Below, piece by piece: positions 1 through 12,900 of a DNA stretch of 64,000 bases (the stretch's first letter is position 1; each line of letters opens with the position of its first letter). Under the pieces are notes generated by a model, which saw nothing but the letters and a program-made list of their open reading frames with translations, searched no databases and was not told the origin of the DNA. Source of the stretch: Adineta vaga (taxonomy: Eukaryota > Animalia > Rotifera); assembly GCA_021613535.1 (NCBI GenBank), contig CP075494.1:744001-808000 (forward strand), written 5' to 3'. The translations under genes were made by a program, and so were the position numbers.

Positions 1-8
1 TTCATTAT

Positions 9-335
9 ATGAACAAAACAAAAAGTCAATCTATTTTACAAAATCGTCAACAAACTAATCGACGAGATTTTGTTGTTCTTCGTCGGATTATTATCTTGAT
101 AGGAATTCTTACTACACTTTCGTTTCCAACTATTATAATATGGCTTAGTTTTGTAGTTACTAATTATATTGATCCAATTTATTATAAAATTGGATGGTTA
201 TTGTTTGCTTTATCATTTTCAGTTTTACCAATCACATTCGCTTTATTAACATCTCAATTACGTGAATTATTAAAGATTCTTTATTATAGACAAAAATGTC
301 GTATACAACCTATACAAACAATGACAACACATTAA
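9..335 (+). CDS. C-terminal part (TM6-TM7) of an orphan rhodopsin-like GPCR; 5' part lies outside the window
   Basis: Basic ICL3 (NRQQTNRRDFVVLRR), hydrophobic TM6 with 'SFPTII', TM7 and helix-8-like 'TSQLRELL'. Confidence 0.75.
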   Translation: MNKTKSQSILQNRQQTNRRDFVVLRRIIILIGILTTLSFPTIIIWLSFVVTNYIDPIYYKIGWLLFALSFSVLPITFALLTSQLRELLKILYYRQKCRIQPIQTMTTH

Positions 336-871
336 GATGTAGGTGTGAATGTGTATATTGTATTTCTCTCTAACTCATACCCATTTGCATCCTCGTCTGC
401 TGCATCGACTTAATATAATATAAAACATTATAATAACTTCTACATAAATATACTTTTTCATCAGAAATAATTACTAAAAAAAGGTTTATAGATAATGAAA
501 AAAAATTCATTATTGAAAATGTTGTTATCGGCTTAGAAAACTGAATTTCAATTTATTTTAACAAAACTGATGGAGGTGTTAAGCTTATATAACGTGATTC
601 GCAATTACACAAAGATTCAGTAGCAGTGATTTCATAGTCATTATCATATGCACCAATTCAAGATGGATCGTATTTAATTGATCGGTATGGGTGAGGGTGT
701 GGATGTAGAACAAAAATTGTAACCTTCATCAACACTCTCCGGTTTCTAAAAAACCTTTAGGAAGCGTCTTCTTCGAAAGAGACAAAAGTTTGGTTTTTAA
801 GCTGAAGTTTGGCGAAAATAAAGATCTCAAATTCACTAATCTGCACGAAGACACGCACACCCACACCCTCA

Positions 872-1443
872 AGTAAGAAGCAAAATTCTGTGTTTTTTCT
901 AAATATGTGTTCAGAGTTTTTGTCTGACTTAGGGCTGTTTCACTGCGAATAAATGTTTGTACAGAATTTTACTGTCAGCTATTTTGTGTTTTGATTGAAA
1001 TTTAATCAGACGAAATATGAAACGCTTTTTTAATATTTCTGTTTCGTAAAGCGAATTCTGCTCTACGAGATGTCATATCTAGTTTTCTTCTATATTGCAC
1101 GAAACACATTTAAAATCTGCTGCACTTTAAAAGGCCAATTGTGAAAAATTGGTGGTTTGATAAATGTCGATGTATGTGAAAATAGCTTTTAGGGAAATGA
1201 ACATAAGTTTTGTTTTTTTAGCTCTAATTTTTTGTAGAGAATTGAACGTTTTGCAATAATGTTGAGACAAACTTGTCCAAAAATACGATCTACGAAAAGT
1301 ATGGGATGCGCAAAAACCCCTTTTTTGCTTCTACAAACATCAATTTTGAGCCTTTCGAACATTTATTCGCAGTGAAACAGCCCTAAGTCAGACAAAAATT
1401 CTGAACACATATTTGGAAAAAACACAGAATTCTGCTTCTTACT
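872..1443. mobile_element. Non-autonomous DNA transposon (MITE) with ~86-bp terminal inverted repeats
   Basis: 872-957 (AGTAAGAAGC...GGGCTGTTTCACTGCGAATAAATGTT) is the near-perfect reverse complement of 1358-1443; no coding capacity. Confidence 0.8.
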
Positions 1444-1806
1444 GACCACTTATGATTCTCACCAGTCGCTTTCATGTACTCGAAAAACGAACGAACATTT
1501 TGTCTCAGAACTTTTGCAACAGTGGTTATATCGATATACCGACAATATTTCTTTTTGTTTGAGAGGGGCGTAATCAAAGAGCTAGATAGAAATTTGCAAA
1601 AATATTCTTTCTCATAATTCAACTGTTTGCGTAGATACATGCATGGGTAGGTGTGGGTGTGAAATGAAAAGAGTACCTATACTCACACCACACCCTCACC
1701 CATCCATCCATCCATCCATCCTCAATATGGCTTAAAAATCCCATCAGTAACATTTTTGCTATATATTTATTGTAGATTGTTGTCGAATTTTATATTGAGT
1801 TAACAA

Positions 1807-3241
1807 ATGACTTCGCCATCGTTGACACCACCACAAGACTTCGTTCGAGATCTTGAGGATTTACAGCAGTTATGTGTTAAAATTCAAGAAAATATTGATA
1901 TAAAAAAGTTTAGAATCCAGAGAGAGGTGGATCAATTCACTGAAGAAGTGAAGCAATTGTTCGACAAAGGCTCGAAGGAAGAATCGAGCGGTTATTTGAA
2001 GAAGATTCTAGAAAATTTCGAAGTGGAGAAAGAAAAGGCATTGGTGAGTGAATACATCGGCACTAGGTGGTAATGTTATAGAGCAATGATTCTAGAGTTG
2101 GATCCACCAGATCGAGGCCCAAAAACAAACTGTAAGCAGCCAACTTCAACATATACCTGGCAATGATAACCATAAACCAAATAATTTGAAGAAACTTCAA
2201 ACACAACTACAAAAAATTGACGGTTTCTCAGACAGGTACTGCGCAACCACGGAACGAAACCCATCCGCCCATATTCCAACCTACGTACTCACCTTTAATT
2301 TACCTCCATTAGATTTCACCATCGACTATTCGAATACAACACGAACCTCTTCGAGTGATGCTACTCACACTTTTCATGTAAGGGAAGAACGATTTGAAAG
2401 GACAAAAGCGCATATAAGCACTATCAGTACTACTGGATTGTCTTATAGCGAAATGTGTCCGCAGTGGTATAATCATTCTATTCAGGCTACCTACACTGTT
2501 GATTTACTTGCGTCTGATGGAAATAATATATTCTATGTAAGCTATTCGGACAATCAACCTGACATCATCGCTTATCACTATCTCCACAATTCGCGAATAT
2601 CTGATCCTTGCCGAACGTGGAAACAATCACGAATACGGGATGTGATTCGGTGAGGACGTATAAATTCATTCATCTGTGCCACAGATAATGCAGTCTATAA
2701 AGTTCAATTTGGAACTAGTAAATTTAAGATCTATCCAGAGATAAGGAGAGATTGGTCATATATACATGTAGCAGCGAATAGCGATCATCTATGGCTATGG
2801 ATGAATAATGTTGACGATGATTTTGACGGTATCGACATTTACGATGATGACTTCCAACGTATTCGAAATATCGATTTTGATGATGGGTGTCGCAGACCTT
2901 TCACCAGTGGCAGTACAAGCTTCTGTCTGACAGCTTCTGTTTGTGTACGTCAAGTGAAGCGTGATAAACGTTTCCAAGTTAACTTTAACGGTTTTAATAT
3001 GATCAACTTCAGAACTGTCTATGTTGACCGTGACTACGGCGGGACTATGATTCGGACCGATGGGAATGATCCCTTTTTCATTACAACTGGAGGAAACAAA
3101 CTATATATGGTCACACCCGACATGGCCATAGAGCACTTTGCTTTGCAACAAAACAGTGATGCCCTTACTTTTGTCAACAGTAACCAGTTGATTGTCAGCG
3201 GTGGAACTTCGATTATGGAAGTCTGGACTAGAGTCCGATAA
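1807..3241 (+). pseudogene. Coiled-coil plus beta-rich (propeller-like) protein of unknown function, with one in-frame stop
   Basis: Exon 1807-2043, GT-AG intron 2044-2095. ORFs 2186-2653 and 2801-3241 share a frame and are separated only by TGA at 2651 (possibly a mutated TGG). Confidence 0.6.
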
Positions 3242-3573
3242 GGGGTGAGTGTGGCGATTCTAACATAAGACCCACACTCACCCTCAAATTACATCACTCG
3301 ATACAGAATTAAATTCTGCACCTAACACAAGCATCTAGAGAGCGAACACAAGTACTCTAACGAATGCCGACCAAAAAAACGCGAATCTGCTGCCAACTTT
3401 ACTGACGTGATGTTTTTATCAAAATGATAGATATCTTTACTTGCCGGTATCTTTTTTTCTGTTAAAATTGCTACATAAATTTTTTTTTCTTATTTTATTT
3501 ATCTACTATCATGAGATATTTGTTAAAATACTTCTTTTGTATTTATAACTATTCTATGGACATTTAATTAACT

Positions 3574-4135
3574 GTGAATTCAACCTCTGAAGTTACTTTA
3601 CCCACTGAATTGAATAATACTTCAGAATCACAATCACAATCACAACAACAGGATACTACAATTAATATAGATGATCGTTGTAGTCCTAGTTGTGCTTCTG
3701 TTTTATCGAACATAGAAATTGTTGATAATGTAATTGAACGAAGTAGACGTTTGGATCGTCAACGATGGTTATCTCTTTTTATAGGTTGTATTCCAACATT
3801 TATTATTACATGTTTAATGTGGATTATACGAGCTTGTCTAAATTGTGAAGAAAAGTTTTCTAGCAGTAATACACCGCATGCATTATATAGCTGGTATTGT
3901 ATTTGCTTGTGTCACTGGTTTGATATTCTTTGGAAACATTTATTATGGTGCAAAACATTATTTCAATGGACAAAATTATGAATATTTACGTAATAGCGTT
4001 CGCTATTTAATTAAACTTGAAGTTCAACAATGGATTTCATATGTTAATTATTTGTATGGACCTGATTGTAGCGCTTTTGCGGGTGTAGGAACTGTCGGAG
4101 CTTTTTCATTTTGTTGTCGTAAACCACATTATTGA
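3574..4135 (+). pseudogene. Small membrane-protein gene remnant, apparently frameshifted
   Basis: Two overlapping ORFs, each with a hydrophobic segment (WLSLFIGCIPTFIITCLMWII; YIAGIVFACVTGLIFFG), with a frame change near 3845. Confidence 0.4.
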
Positions 4136-4519
4136 CAATTGATTGAACGAGGTTATGGCTATATCGTCTTATGTAAACATGGTTTTTTACTTGATGAAAT
4201 GTTTAGTATATTGTTCGTAATCGTACACATCTCATTATAAAAGTGATATTTATTTTGGGTTTGGGATTAAGAGTGTATGTTCTTCGAACAGACGCTAAAG
4301 TTGTGGTCAAGAATTATGACAGTGCCGAAACGCGTGCACAAAAAGCTCGAATAGCAGTCATTCAATAAACAGTACCATTGGACATCTATTTGCCTTAACA
4401 CGATGTCACCCAATATAGTTGCTCTTCTCGGATTACAAATTGAACATGGTATCTAAATTATTCAGTTTTAAATTTCTTTTTTCTAATAATAATAAACTAA
4501 TTGATTCATTCGTTTAAAT

Positions 4520-4800
4520 TGTCTTTTCTCGACTTTCACACTCGTAACCTTTAAAGGCAGTTGGAATAGTTGTATTATCTTTTATATGAAATAAAATTAG
4601 ATCTTCGGTTCAACATCGATTATAATTCGACTTAATGATGGATAATCGTTAAATCTTTCCACATACATTACTTCTTATGGGATTAGTTTAACTAAAACAC
4701 ATTCATTCGATTTGATTTCAATAATTTGACATAGAATACGAGATGCACGATAATGAATTACCACTGTATTTCCTTCATTAATTTGAGTTGAAGATTTTAA
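4520..4800 (-). pseudogene. Decayed fragment resembling EF-1alpha/eRF3/HBS1 domain III
   Basis: Minus-strand translation gives 'GNTVVIHYRASRILCQIIEIKSNECVLVKLIP*EVMYVERFNDYPSLSRII', with stops. Confidence 0.4.
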
Positions 4801-5313
4801 TAAGAAAATCTTTAATAATAAATCTTATCAACTATTATATAAAAAAGAAAAAAAACTGATTTGTACTGTAAAATTTGATTTTTCATCAGATAAATCATTT
4901 GTTAAGTCTGAACAAATTATTCCAAGTCAAACATCTTTCATATTAATAAATCGAACATTGAAAGAAACATAAGAAGGGTGGTTGTTGGAAGAGAAGACAC
5001 CCCATCCACACCCACACCCTTGTTGTATTTATTAATTTAATTTAATTCTCCGGATTTTATAATCGAGAAAAATATGGTAACTCTATTGTCTTGATTGTAT
5101 TCATATTTTATATATTAATTCAATCGTGGACAAGAGTTCTGTTTTGCTATATTAGAAGATTATTTTAATTCGGGTTTTAAATTTAGAGGTTCTCGTACAG
5201 CAATAAGATTTCTAACATTGATTCATAAACAACTATTATCCTGAGAGAAATATAACTTTTATATTTTCGATTTTGAATGTGTATACGTTGTCTTTATTTA
5301 AGGCAGAGGAGAG

Positions 5314-5385
5314 AATCGGATAGTTTAATTGGTAGAATAGCCGACCGGTTATCGGAAGATATAGGTTCGAGTCCGGCTCTGTTTT
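5314..5385 (+). tRNA. tRNA-like pseudogene or SINE head; anticodon loop degenerate (CCGGTTA, Thr- or Asn-like)
   Basis: A-box TAGTTTAATTGGTAGAAT, anticodon stem CCGA/TCGG, B-box GGTTCGAGTCC, imperfect acceptor stem AATCGGA/TCTGTTT followed by a T-run; T-stem mismatched. Confidence 0.6.
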
Positions 5386-6048
5386 TATAATCCTTCTTCA
5401 CTAGATTACTCGTACTTATTGACGCGTATCTATGGATATATTCTAATCAAACTTTAAAAGAGTTTCATCGTGTACAAGTCTTAAAGATCAATAATTAGAA
5501 GTCTTTCTACTTTTATTTCAAACACAACCACCCTCACCCTCAAGATTGATATCTATGTCAAGTATGTTGTGGAGCGAATACGAAGGCTACTTGCTACTTC
5601 AATCTGTAAAAATTTTTATGCATTCGATAGCCCTTCCTTTTCTCTATCTAAATCACTATAAATCATTCTGGGTAGCTGGTAAGCAGTGGAGAAAAGTTTT
5701 AAAAACTAAGTATCTGTTAAAAACATGAAAATTTCGAGTTTTTGGTGAGTAGTGTTCAGTGTGTACTTCATAACTCTTCGAAAATAAGCTCAAATGAGCT
5801 AAAAATTTGGATATAGTAGTTTTTGATGATGCTCTTCAATATGCAATTGAAAGTTAGGGGGGTAAAAATCGTGAGAGTATACCCCTCATACTGAATACTC
5901 GATATTCTCATGGACTGTCTTTTAAGACTATAGGAGGATACAAAGGAATGCTATAAGCACATTTTATAAGTAATTTTGCCAGAACTTACTCTTCGTTCAT
6001 CTTCATGTACATATTCGAACACTTTATAAATATGAACAGATCCGTTAA

Positions 6049-6744
6049 GGCCCCCTCAAAAACCGAACTTGGCTTAGGAAAGTTCAAATGAGCTGAAATT
6101 TGGAGCATACGTTAGGGCTGAAGAGAGGAGTCTGTGGTAAAAATTTCAGCTCGATATCACCTTGTTTTCCGGAGATATGAGGCAAACAAGCTAAAAAGTA
6201 GGTCATCTTATTTCCAAGACTTCTCGGTTCATAGCCATGGTAGACTTTTTTTTCGTTTTTTTGCTAGAAAGAACATCTCAGGATGCAGAGCACTGCAGAG
6301 CCCTTTTTTTAAATAGTTACTTTTTCATCGAAAAAAGGCATCAGAAGTTCTATGCGCTAAAAAATGGGCGCCTAATTATATAAGTGCTTTAAATCTTTAA
6401 TCAAAAACAAAGGTTAATTAAAAAAGGACTCTACAGTGCTCTGCATCTTGGCATGCTCTATCGAACAAAAACAAAAAAAGAAGTATACCATGGACCCTGG
6501 CCCAGAAATCTTGGAAATAAAATTAAGAAAATACAAACGGAGAACAAACGAAAAAGATTTTTTATTTACTGCAAAAAAAGCATGATTTTTCAATAGAAAT
6601 CATGAAGATTTTTCAGGAAAAAAGAGGTTTTGAGAAGAATTCTTTATGGTTTCCAAAAGATCCAAAGACAGGCTATCTTCCCATGCATTTATCTCAATTT
6701 CGAAAATTTTCTCGAAAACTGACTTTTTCTTAGGGGGCGGGGCC
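6049..6744. mobile_element. MITE flanked by TTAA, with GGCCCC...GGGGCC termini and an internal ~105-bp inverted repeat
   Basis: TTAA|GGCCCCCT at 6045-6056 and AGGGGGCGGGGCC|TTAA ending at 6748; imperfect inverted repeat ~6208-6311 vs ~6418-6520. Confidence 0.7.
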
Positions 6745-7183
6745 TTAAAATGAGATGAGAGTAGACAAAAAAGAAGAATCTACAGTCACATTCTTAATGT
6801 TAAGATAAATAACATGATTATGGTTAAAAATGTGTACTATACGGTACAGTAGATATAGAGAAAAACCTTTTTTGTATTTTTTTCCTGTTCTTCCTTCGTT
6901 AAAGGTAGACATGAATCTGATGCAATACTGAAACATGTGTCATTCTAATTTATGGTTCGTTAATTTGAAGTAGTGTATAAATGCGCTCAGTTCTTTCCTT
7001 TTGCTTTTCGCTTGAGTGATTCAATAGAGTCACTTCCTTTCTCTTGTACCGTTCATATATACATATATATATATATATATATATTTGCAAAATTCTAAGA
7101 GAAACGTTTTTCTGAAACAAGATTTGGTAACTTTTACACCCGTGTATACAGATTATTTTCTTCTGTTACAAGTGCAAATACAT

Positions 7184-7921
7184 ATGGAGTTGAGACGTCA
7201 TTTTACAGTATTGTGTATTATCACACCATTTATTGTCCATCCCGTATTCATGGTCTTCATCTTACATCCAAACGGGTCTACTACTGGAAAAACCTATAAA
7301 GAGGCCTACCTGTTGGATTCTTCAACGTTTTCATCAGAACAAATGAATGACTTTGGTTCTTTTCGTTTTTCTTTACCATCAAGAACAGATGATTCTCCTC
7401 TTGTATTCAGTGCTGATGGTCGCACAGTGGAATGGGTCAACGAATCAAGAGTCATCTGGTTTCCCGTCTCAACAGAGGCAAAATTACATTCAGGAAAATG
7501 GTTTTTAGAATTTCATGTCGAAGCAGTGAAAAATTGGCAGATAGGTGTTGGATTTCTATTAGATTGGAATATAGAGCCTGACTGGAGTCTTTTTGGTTAT
7601 TTGGGTTCATCGGCAAGTGCTTGGTCATATGATCCATATACCGGTGATATTGTTTATAATACAAAATCGATTCATAGTGACTTACCGAAATTTAAAGGTG
7701 ATAAGGGAGTAATTGGATTAGAACTTGATATTCCAAAAAATGCAATCGGAGAATTTACTTTTATCATCGATGGTGTTCGGACTCCGACTAAACAGATGCC
7801 AAATTCAGGTGCAGTAGCAATTCCTGCAGTATGTCTTTTGGCGCGTGGACAAAGAGTGACTATTCGAAGTTTAAGACAACTAGATGAAGATGTTCTCGTA
7901 TCAACTAAATGGAATTTCTAG
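7184..7921 (+). CDS. SPRY/B30.2-like (concanavalin-fold) protein with a hydrophobic N-terminus
   Basis: Motifs 'LHSGKWFLEFHV', 'QIGVG', 'YLGSSASAWSY', 'GVIGLELD', 'FTFIIDG', 'PAVCL'; first ATG at 7184; no intron evident. Confidence 0.75.
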   Translation: MELRRHFTVLCIITPFIVHPVFMVFILHPNGSTTGKTYKEAYLLDSSTFSSEQMNDFGSFRFSLPSRTDDSPLVFSADGRTVEWVNESRVIWFPVSTEAKLHSGKWFLEFHVEAVKNWQIGVGFLLDWNIEPDWSLFGYLGSSASAWSYDPYTGDIVYNTKSIHSDLPKFKGDKGVIGLELDIPKNAIGEFTFIIDGVRTPTKQMPNSGAVAIPAVCLLARGQRVTIRSLRQLDEDVLVSTKWNF

Positions 7922-8198
7922 TACTTGCTAGAGTTTATTTGATGATGATAAATACACACAGATACACACCACATCAGACCGACCATAGAGGAGAAAACGA
8001 ACGCATATATATGATCAAACGAATCAAAGGTTTAGAAATGGGTGTGGGTGAAGGAGTCATCTCTCTACACTTACACCCACCCCACCCACCCAACACCCAC
8101 ACCCTTTTATTTCAAACGATACAAAACAACATAAAGATCAATAACTAAAGGTTATAAACGAGAAAGAAAAGAGAATTGTTCATTATTTTAATTTGATG

Positions 8199-9230
8199 CT
8201 ATTCAGGTGCAACTGAAGCCACTTGTCTATCGTAACATGGCAAAAAGCATTTTCGTATAATTTGAATCCCATATTTTATTTTATTATGTAAATGATTAAG
8301 ACCAATTAATGCAATAAATGGACAAAGACAAACAAAGATTGAAGTTAAATTAGCAAAATATTCTGTATAAAGAAATCTTGCTTGAATGCTTATATCACCT
8401 TGTACAAATAAAGGAATAGAAGCAAGAATACAATGTGGTAACCAGAGAATAAGATAAAGAAAAGCAATTGAAAGTAATTGTGTTGTCATTTGTAAATTTT
8501 TTCGCCAAGAATTATTTCGTTTCATTTTAGCTTGTTGATGTAATACACGTCCAACTAAAATAATATTAGCAAATGTTGTTGTAAATACCGGTATTAAATG
8601 ATGAACATAAATAATAAATGATAAATAAAATGAAGATGCTGTTATATAACATGGTAATCCACATTCAACTTCACCATAATCAGGTGTATATGTACACCAC
8701 CATGCTGTATACATTAATGTAACATACCATATGATTGGATAAATTATACAAATAATTATTGGTATTGTTGATAAATATAAACGATATTTTGATATATATC
8801 GATGATGAAATACAAGAAGATATCTTTCAATTGATCCTAAGGCCATTAAATGTAAACCTACGACATTTAATGTTGTTATAGTAAAACTCCATAGTTGACA
8901 GAATATTTCATTATGAATAGGTGATGTACCTTTATAAAGATAATATAATCGACATGGAAGGTCGAATAAAGCCTTTGAAAGAGAAAATAATTTAGATTTT
9001 TTAATTTTATAATTTAGAAAATTTACTTGAATCAATAAAAGTACAAGTAAAGTAAGTATAACACGATTTGGTGGATGTTGACGTAATTCTCGCATTCGAA
9101 TACAATTGTAAAAAATAAATATTGAACATAATAATGATGGTATAAATAAAATTGCAAATAAAATAAATATAACTGTACGATTAGTTGGTCGTTGATATTC
9201 ATTGACAGTGTTATTTGATGTAGATGACAT
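8199..9230 (-). CDS. Orphan rhodopsin-like GPCR with one short in-frame intron (~8973-9026)
   Basis: Seven hydrophobic segments; 'FCQLW', 'MALGSIERYLLVF' (DRY-like), 'LWLP', 'LCPFI'. Confidence 0.9.
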   Translation of the reverse strand: MSSTSNNTVNEYQRPTNRTVIFILFAILFIPSLLCSIFIFYNCIRMRELRQHPPNRVILTLLVLLLIQVNFLNYKIKKSKLFSLSKALFDLPCRLYYLYKGTSPIHNEIFCQLWSFTITTLNVVGLHLMALGSIERYLLVFHHRYISKYRLYLSTIPIIICIIYPIIWYVTLMYTAWWCTYTPDYGEVECGLPCYITASSFYLSFIIYVHHLIPVFTTTFANIILVGRVLHQQAKMKRNNSWRKNLQMTTQLLSIAFLYLILWLPHCILASIPLFVQGDISIQARFLYTEYFANLTSIFVCLCPFIALIGLNHLHNKIKYGIQIIRKCFLPCYDRQVASVAPE

Positions 9231-9619
9231 TTTACTTTGATAAAGAATGAAGTTTTCTATATTGAATCAACATATTTATATACTTATTCAGTGATATAAT
9301 CGAAATTGAAAGGAAATTCTGCTCTATTTTTTCTCTCTATCATTATGCTTCATGTATACTTAGAAAATATATTTTATGGTTTTCAAACTGTGAACTTAGC
9401 AAGAACTTTCTTTTTATAAACAACATGTCATCATGTCACAAATATTTAGTAATTTATTTCCACTAATTCATCAAATACAATATAAAATTCTTAAATTTTA
9501 AAATACATAATTCATCACGCATCGATTGTTCCTTTTTCTTATAAGATTTCAAAAACTATCGTAATTTGCAATAGTAAAAATATTCATATATCTTATTCGA
9601 TAATCTCATCATCACTTTC

Positions 9620-9907
9620 TGTCACGTCTTGTAGTTCCAAGCAATGAACGTATATATTTAAGTGAATATATATGAAGAGTTCTTTATTGGAAATAGAGAG
9701 ACAAGTAGATCGGAAAGAGAGAGAGAGAAGAGAAACGTAAGATATATGTATATCTTCACACACACATATATACATATAGAGAAACGTGTATATATATATA
9801 TATATGTGCATATAGGAAAAAGACCAAGAACGAAAGGAAAACACTCATACATCATGTATATGTAAAAGTCCTTATGATCATGTAGGAATATACCATACCA
9901 CATCACA
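9620..9907 (-). mobile_element. 3' LTR of a Ty3/Gypsy retrotransposon
   Basis: Minus strand reads TGTGATG...GTGACA, preceded by the purine-rich tract AAAGTAGAGC; AATAAA at 9683-9688 (-); contiguous with the integrase stop once the DNA transposon is removed. Confidence 0.7.
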
Positions 9908-9920
9908 GCTCTACTTTAAA

Positions 9921-12900
9921 GGACAGGGGCGTATAAGCAATGGAAAATGGGCTCAAAGGAATTTATCAAAACTTCGTCGAGAAATTGTTCTAGGAAAGTG
10001 AGATAAGCTATATTAGAGCAAATTCAAGCAATACTAAGCGTATTTGAACATGCTTTCATGTGAAAATATCATAAAATATTATAGGGGCTTTTATACATAT
10101 TATTTGTATTTATAATGGGCCAGTTTTTGACTAAAACAGAAAACCTTTGAAAAATATATAAAGCTCATTTTATCTTCATTGGAAAGAGCATTGAATTCTG
10201 CATCGTTCTATATAAAGATCATGTCTTTAAACCAATTATTACTACTATTTTTCTATAATTTACTACTATTAAAAATATATTATTTTATACATTATTTTAT
10301 CTAATTTTGACTTTTTCAATACATTTTTTGCGTGAGCCGCTTTCGCTTATATACCATTTGATAGAGCGAAGAAAGCGCTACAAACTGGTATATAAATCAT
10401 TTAATTTCGAGTTGGTCCCGGTATTCATAAAAGTCAAAAACTATGTTCGATGCACGAAAAATTCACTTTTTTTATGTATTAGTCAATTATTATTTAATTA
10501 TTGTTTTTGATAGAAGCGACAGTTAATATAATTTTCATTCAAAGGATATTCAGACATATCTCAAATAAAAAATTCTTATATCTTTTGTGTTAAAAAGCAA
10601 CATTTTTCAGCCTTAAAATGATGACATGTTAATATATCTTGTAATTTTTCGACATTAGTCAATATTAACATTTTGAAATTTCTGTAAGAACAACTTTATT
10701 ATTTTAATTCAATTTGTTAGGTCAATTTCAAATGAGAAATACTTCATTTTAAAAAAGATACTTAAAGACAGAACTATTCGTTGACGATGATGACGTCATT
10801 TTTTTCCGTTCTGTCATATATATTTTGTTTAACGTTCAATTCGTTACCGTTAATTTGACAATATACAATGCCTCGTAATCCTCGGGCAAGATGTTTTCAG
10901 TGTAATACAGTTGTTGATAATGCACGACCGATCACTAATTTATTGCTGAAACTATATCTCTCTGCTCGGTGTCATAAAAGACACGATTGTACGTCTTATG
11001 TTTGCAAAGGATGCCGATCAAAGTATGAAAGATGGTATCGTAAAACAAAGGACCAGATTGATGACCTTATTGATGATGATAAATTGAATGAAAACGACGA
11101 TGAAATTGAAGAAGTAATATCTCATGTAACTTTAACATGTGAAATATTTTTTGTATATATAGAATATGGGTTTAGAAGAGAAAAATAACACAAAATCTAC
11201 TCAGACATCAAAACAAATTGAATCAGTAAAGATCAGAGTGAATCGATGTAGCAAAGATGAAAAGTAAAATATGAAAAGATGTTTTTAGGGATCTTATTTT
11301 TATTATCTGTTTAGTTCTTGTATTGTTTGTGGAGTGAGAAACTGCAATAATCGAACTCGATTAAATGAAGAAGATAGGAATACATTGTTTATCAAACGAG
11401 GAATATATATATCACCTGGAGCTCGTTGTTGTGGCGATCATTTCTGCAGAGGACAATTGTCTTATGAAGCCATTCATCGAATTATTCCATTTGATTCTGA
11501 TCTTGTTTCTTTTACTTCTCAAGACATTGAGAAAATATTCAACAGCTTTCGTACAGTTACTCAAAGCAACATAGCATTTGATTTTGATAATGATGCTTCT
11601 CTGGATGATACTGCATATTACAATATTACTGGTCTATCGAAAGGTAGGATGGTTAATCTCATTTGCTGGGACAGTACTGTTGAAAAAATCTAGGATTATT
11701 TGAATGTCATAATCCGTTTGTTAGCGAATTTCTATAAAGTAATCTGTACTTGGAGACTTTTAATTCAAATAAAAAACAAGCTTAATTCATGCATATATAA
11801 TAGAATCTAATAAAATCATTTTTTAGATCAGTTCAACGATCTTCTTCAACAAATCCAACACATGCGTAACTCGAAAATTCGTTCTACTCGAGTTGCATTA
11901 GCAGTGTTCCTCGCAAAGTTTCGTTTGGGTCTTGCTAATCGAGTTTTAGCAACTATGTTTGGTTTAAAAGACAAAAGAACAGTTTCTCATGTTATCAATC
12001 AAGTGCGACAAGCATTAAAAATTAATTTTGTACCACATTATATAGGTTTCGATCATATTAATCGACAATCGGTGATTGACCATCATCAATCTGCTGTTGC
12101 AACAGCTCTACTTGCCGATGTTTCTAATCAACTTTGTATTGTTATGGATGGTACATATCTTACAATTCAAAAGTCTAGTGACAATCAATTTCAAAGAAGA
12201 ACATATAGCATGCATAAGCATAAGAACCTTGTTAAACCAATGATAATAACCGCTACAGTAAGTGTTAAATAAAGAGAGTAATTTGTCCTCCTCTTCTATG
12301 ATTAAAATAAGTATTCTTTTAAATGTGAACATAAACATATATATGGTTCACTACTGAAAGGTCACATTTATAGAAAAGTTTTAGCTTTACTATTGAAAGA
12401 ATATATAAGGATACAATTTAGGAAAAGGTAGCCTTAAAATATCGTAGCCGATAGAATGCTTTCTGAAGTTCATCATAGGATTTATAAAAATGATGCTTAC
12501 CTTACTATTATGAGAGCTTCATTATTGCAATTTTACATAGGATGGTTATATTTTGTCAGTATTCGGACCTTTTCTGGCCGATGGAAAAAATAATGATGCT
12601 TCCATTATCAAACATATCTTGAAGAATAATGATCAAAATATCAAAAACTGGCTTCATGACGAAGATATCGTTATCGTTGATCGTGGCTTTAGAGATGCAG
12701 TAAATTCTATGGAAGAGCTTGGTTTTCAAGTTCAAATTCCAGCATTTCTAAAAGGAAAAAAACAATTTACAACAGAAGAAGCAAACCGAACCCGATTTAT
12801 AACTAAAAACCGTTGGATAATTGAAAGTGGTAAATATTATAGATAATTTTTTCTTCTAGTTGATCATCCGATATTTTAGTGAATGGCAAAATCAAAGAAT

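Noticed and set aside
4290-4340. Hammerhead-like GAAACGCGT
   Set aside because: The upstream CTGANGA core is absent; at best a dead relic
9593-9906. ORFs of 67-83 aa
   Set aside because: Derived from TA/GA microsatellites within the LTR
9914-9920. TTAA TSD (piggyBac/Kolobok-style) for the DDE transposon
   Set aside because: The right flank is TTTCTT, not TTAA; a no-TSD model restores the host stop codon
10307-10510. Identical 67-aa ORFs here and at 13935-14138
   Set aside because: Both lie inside the TIRs, start at TTG and have no protein features
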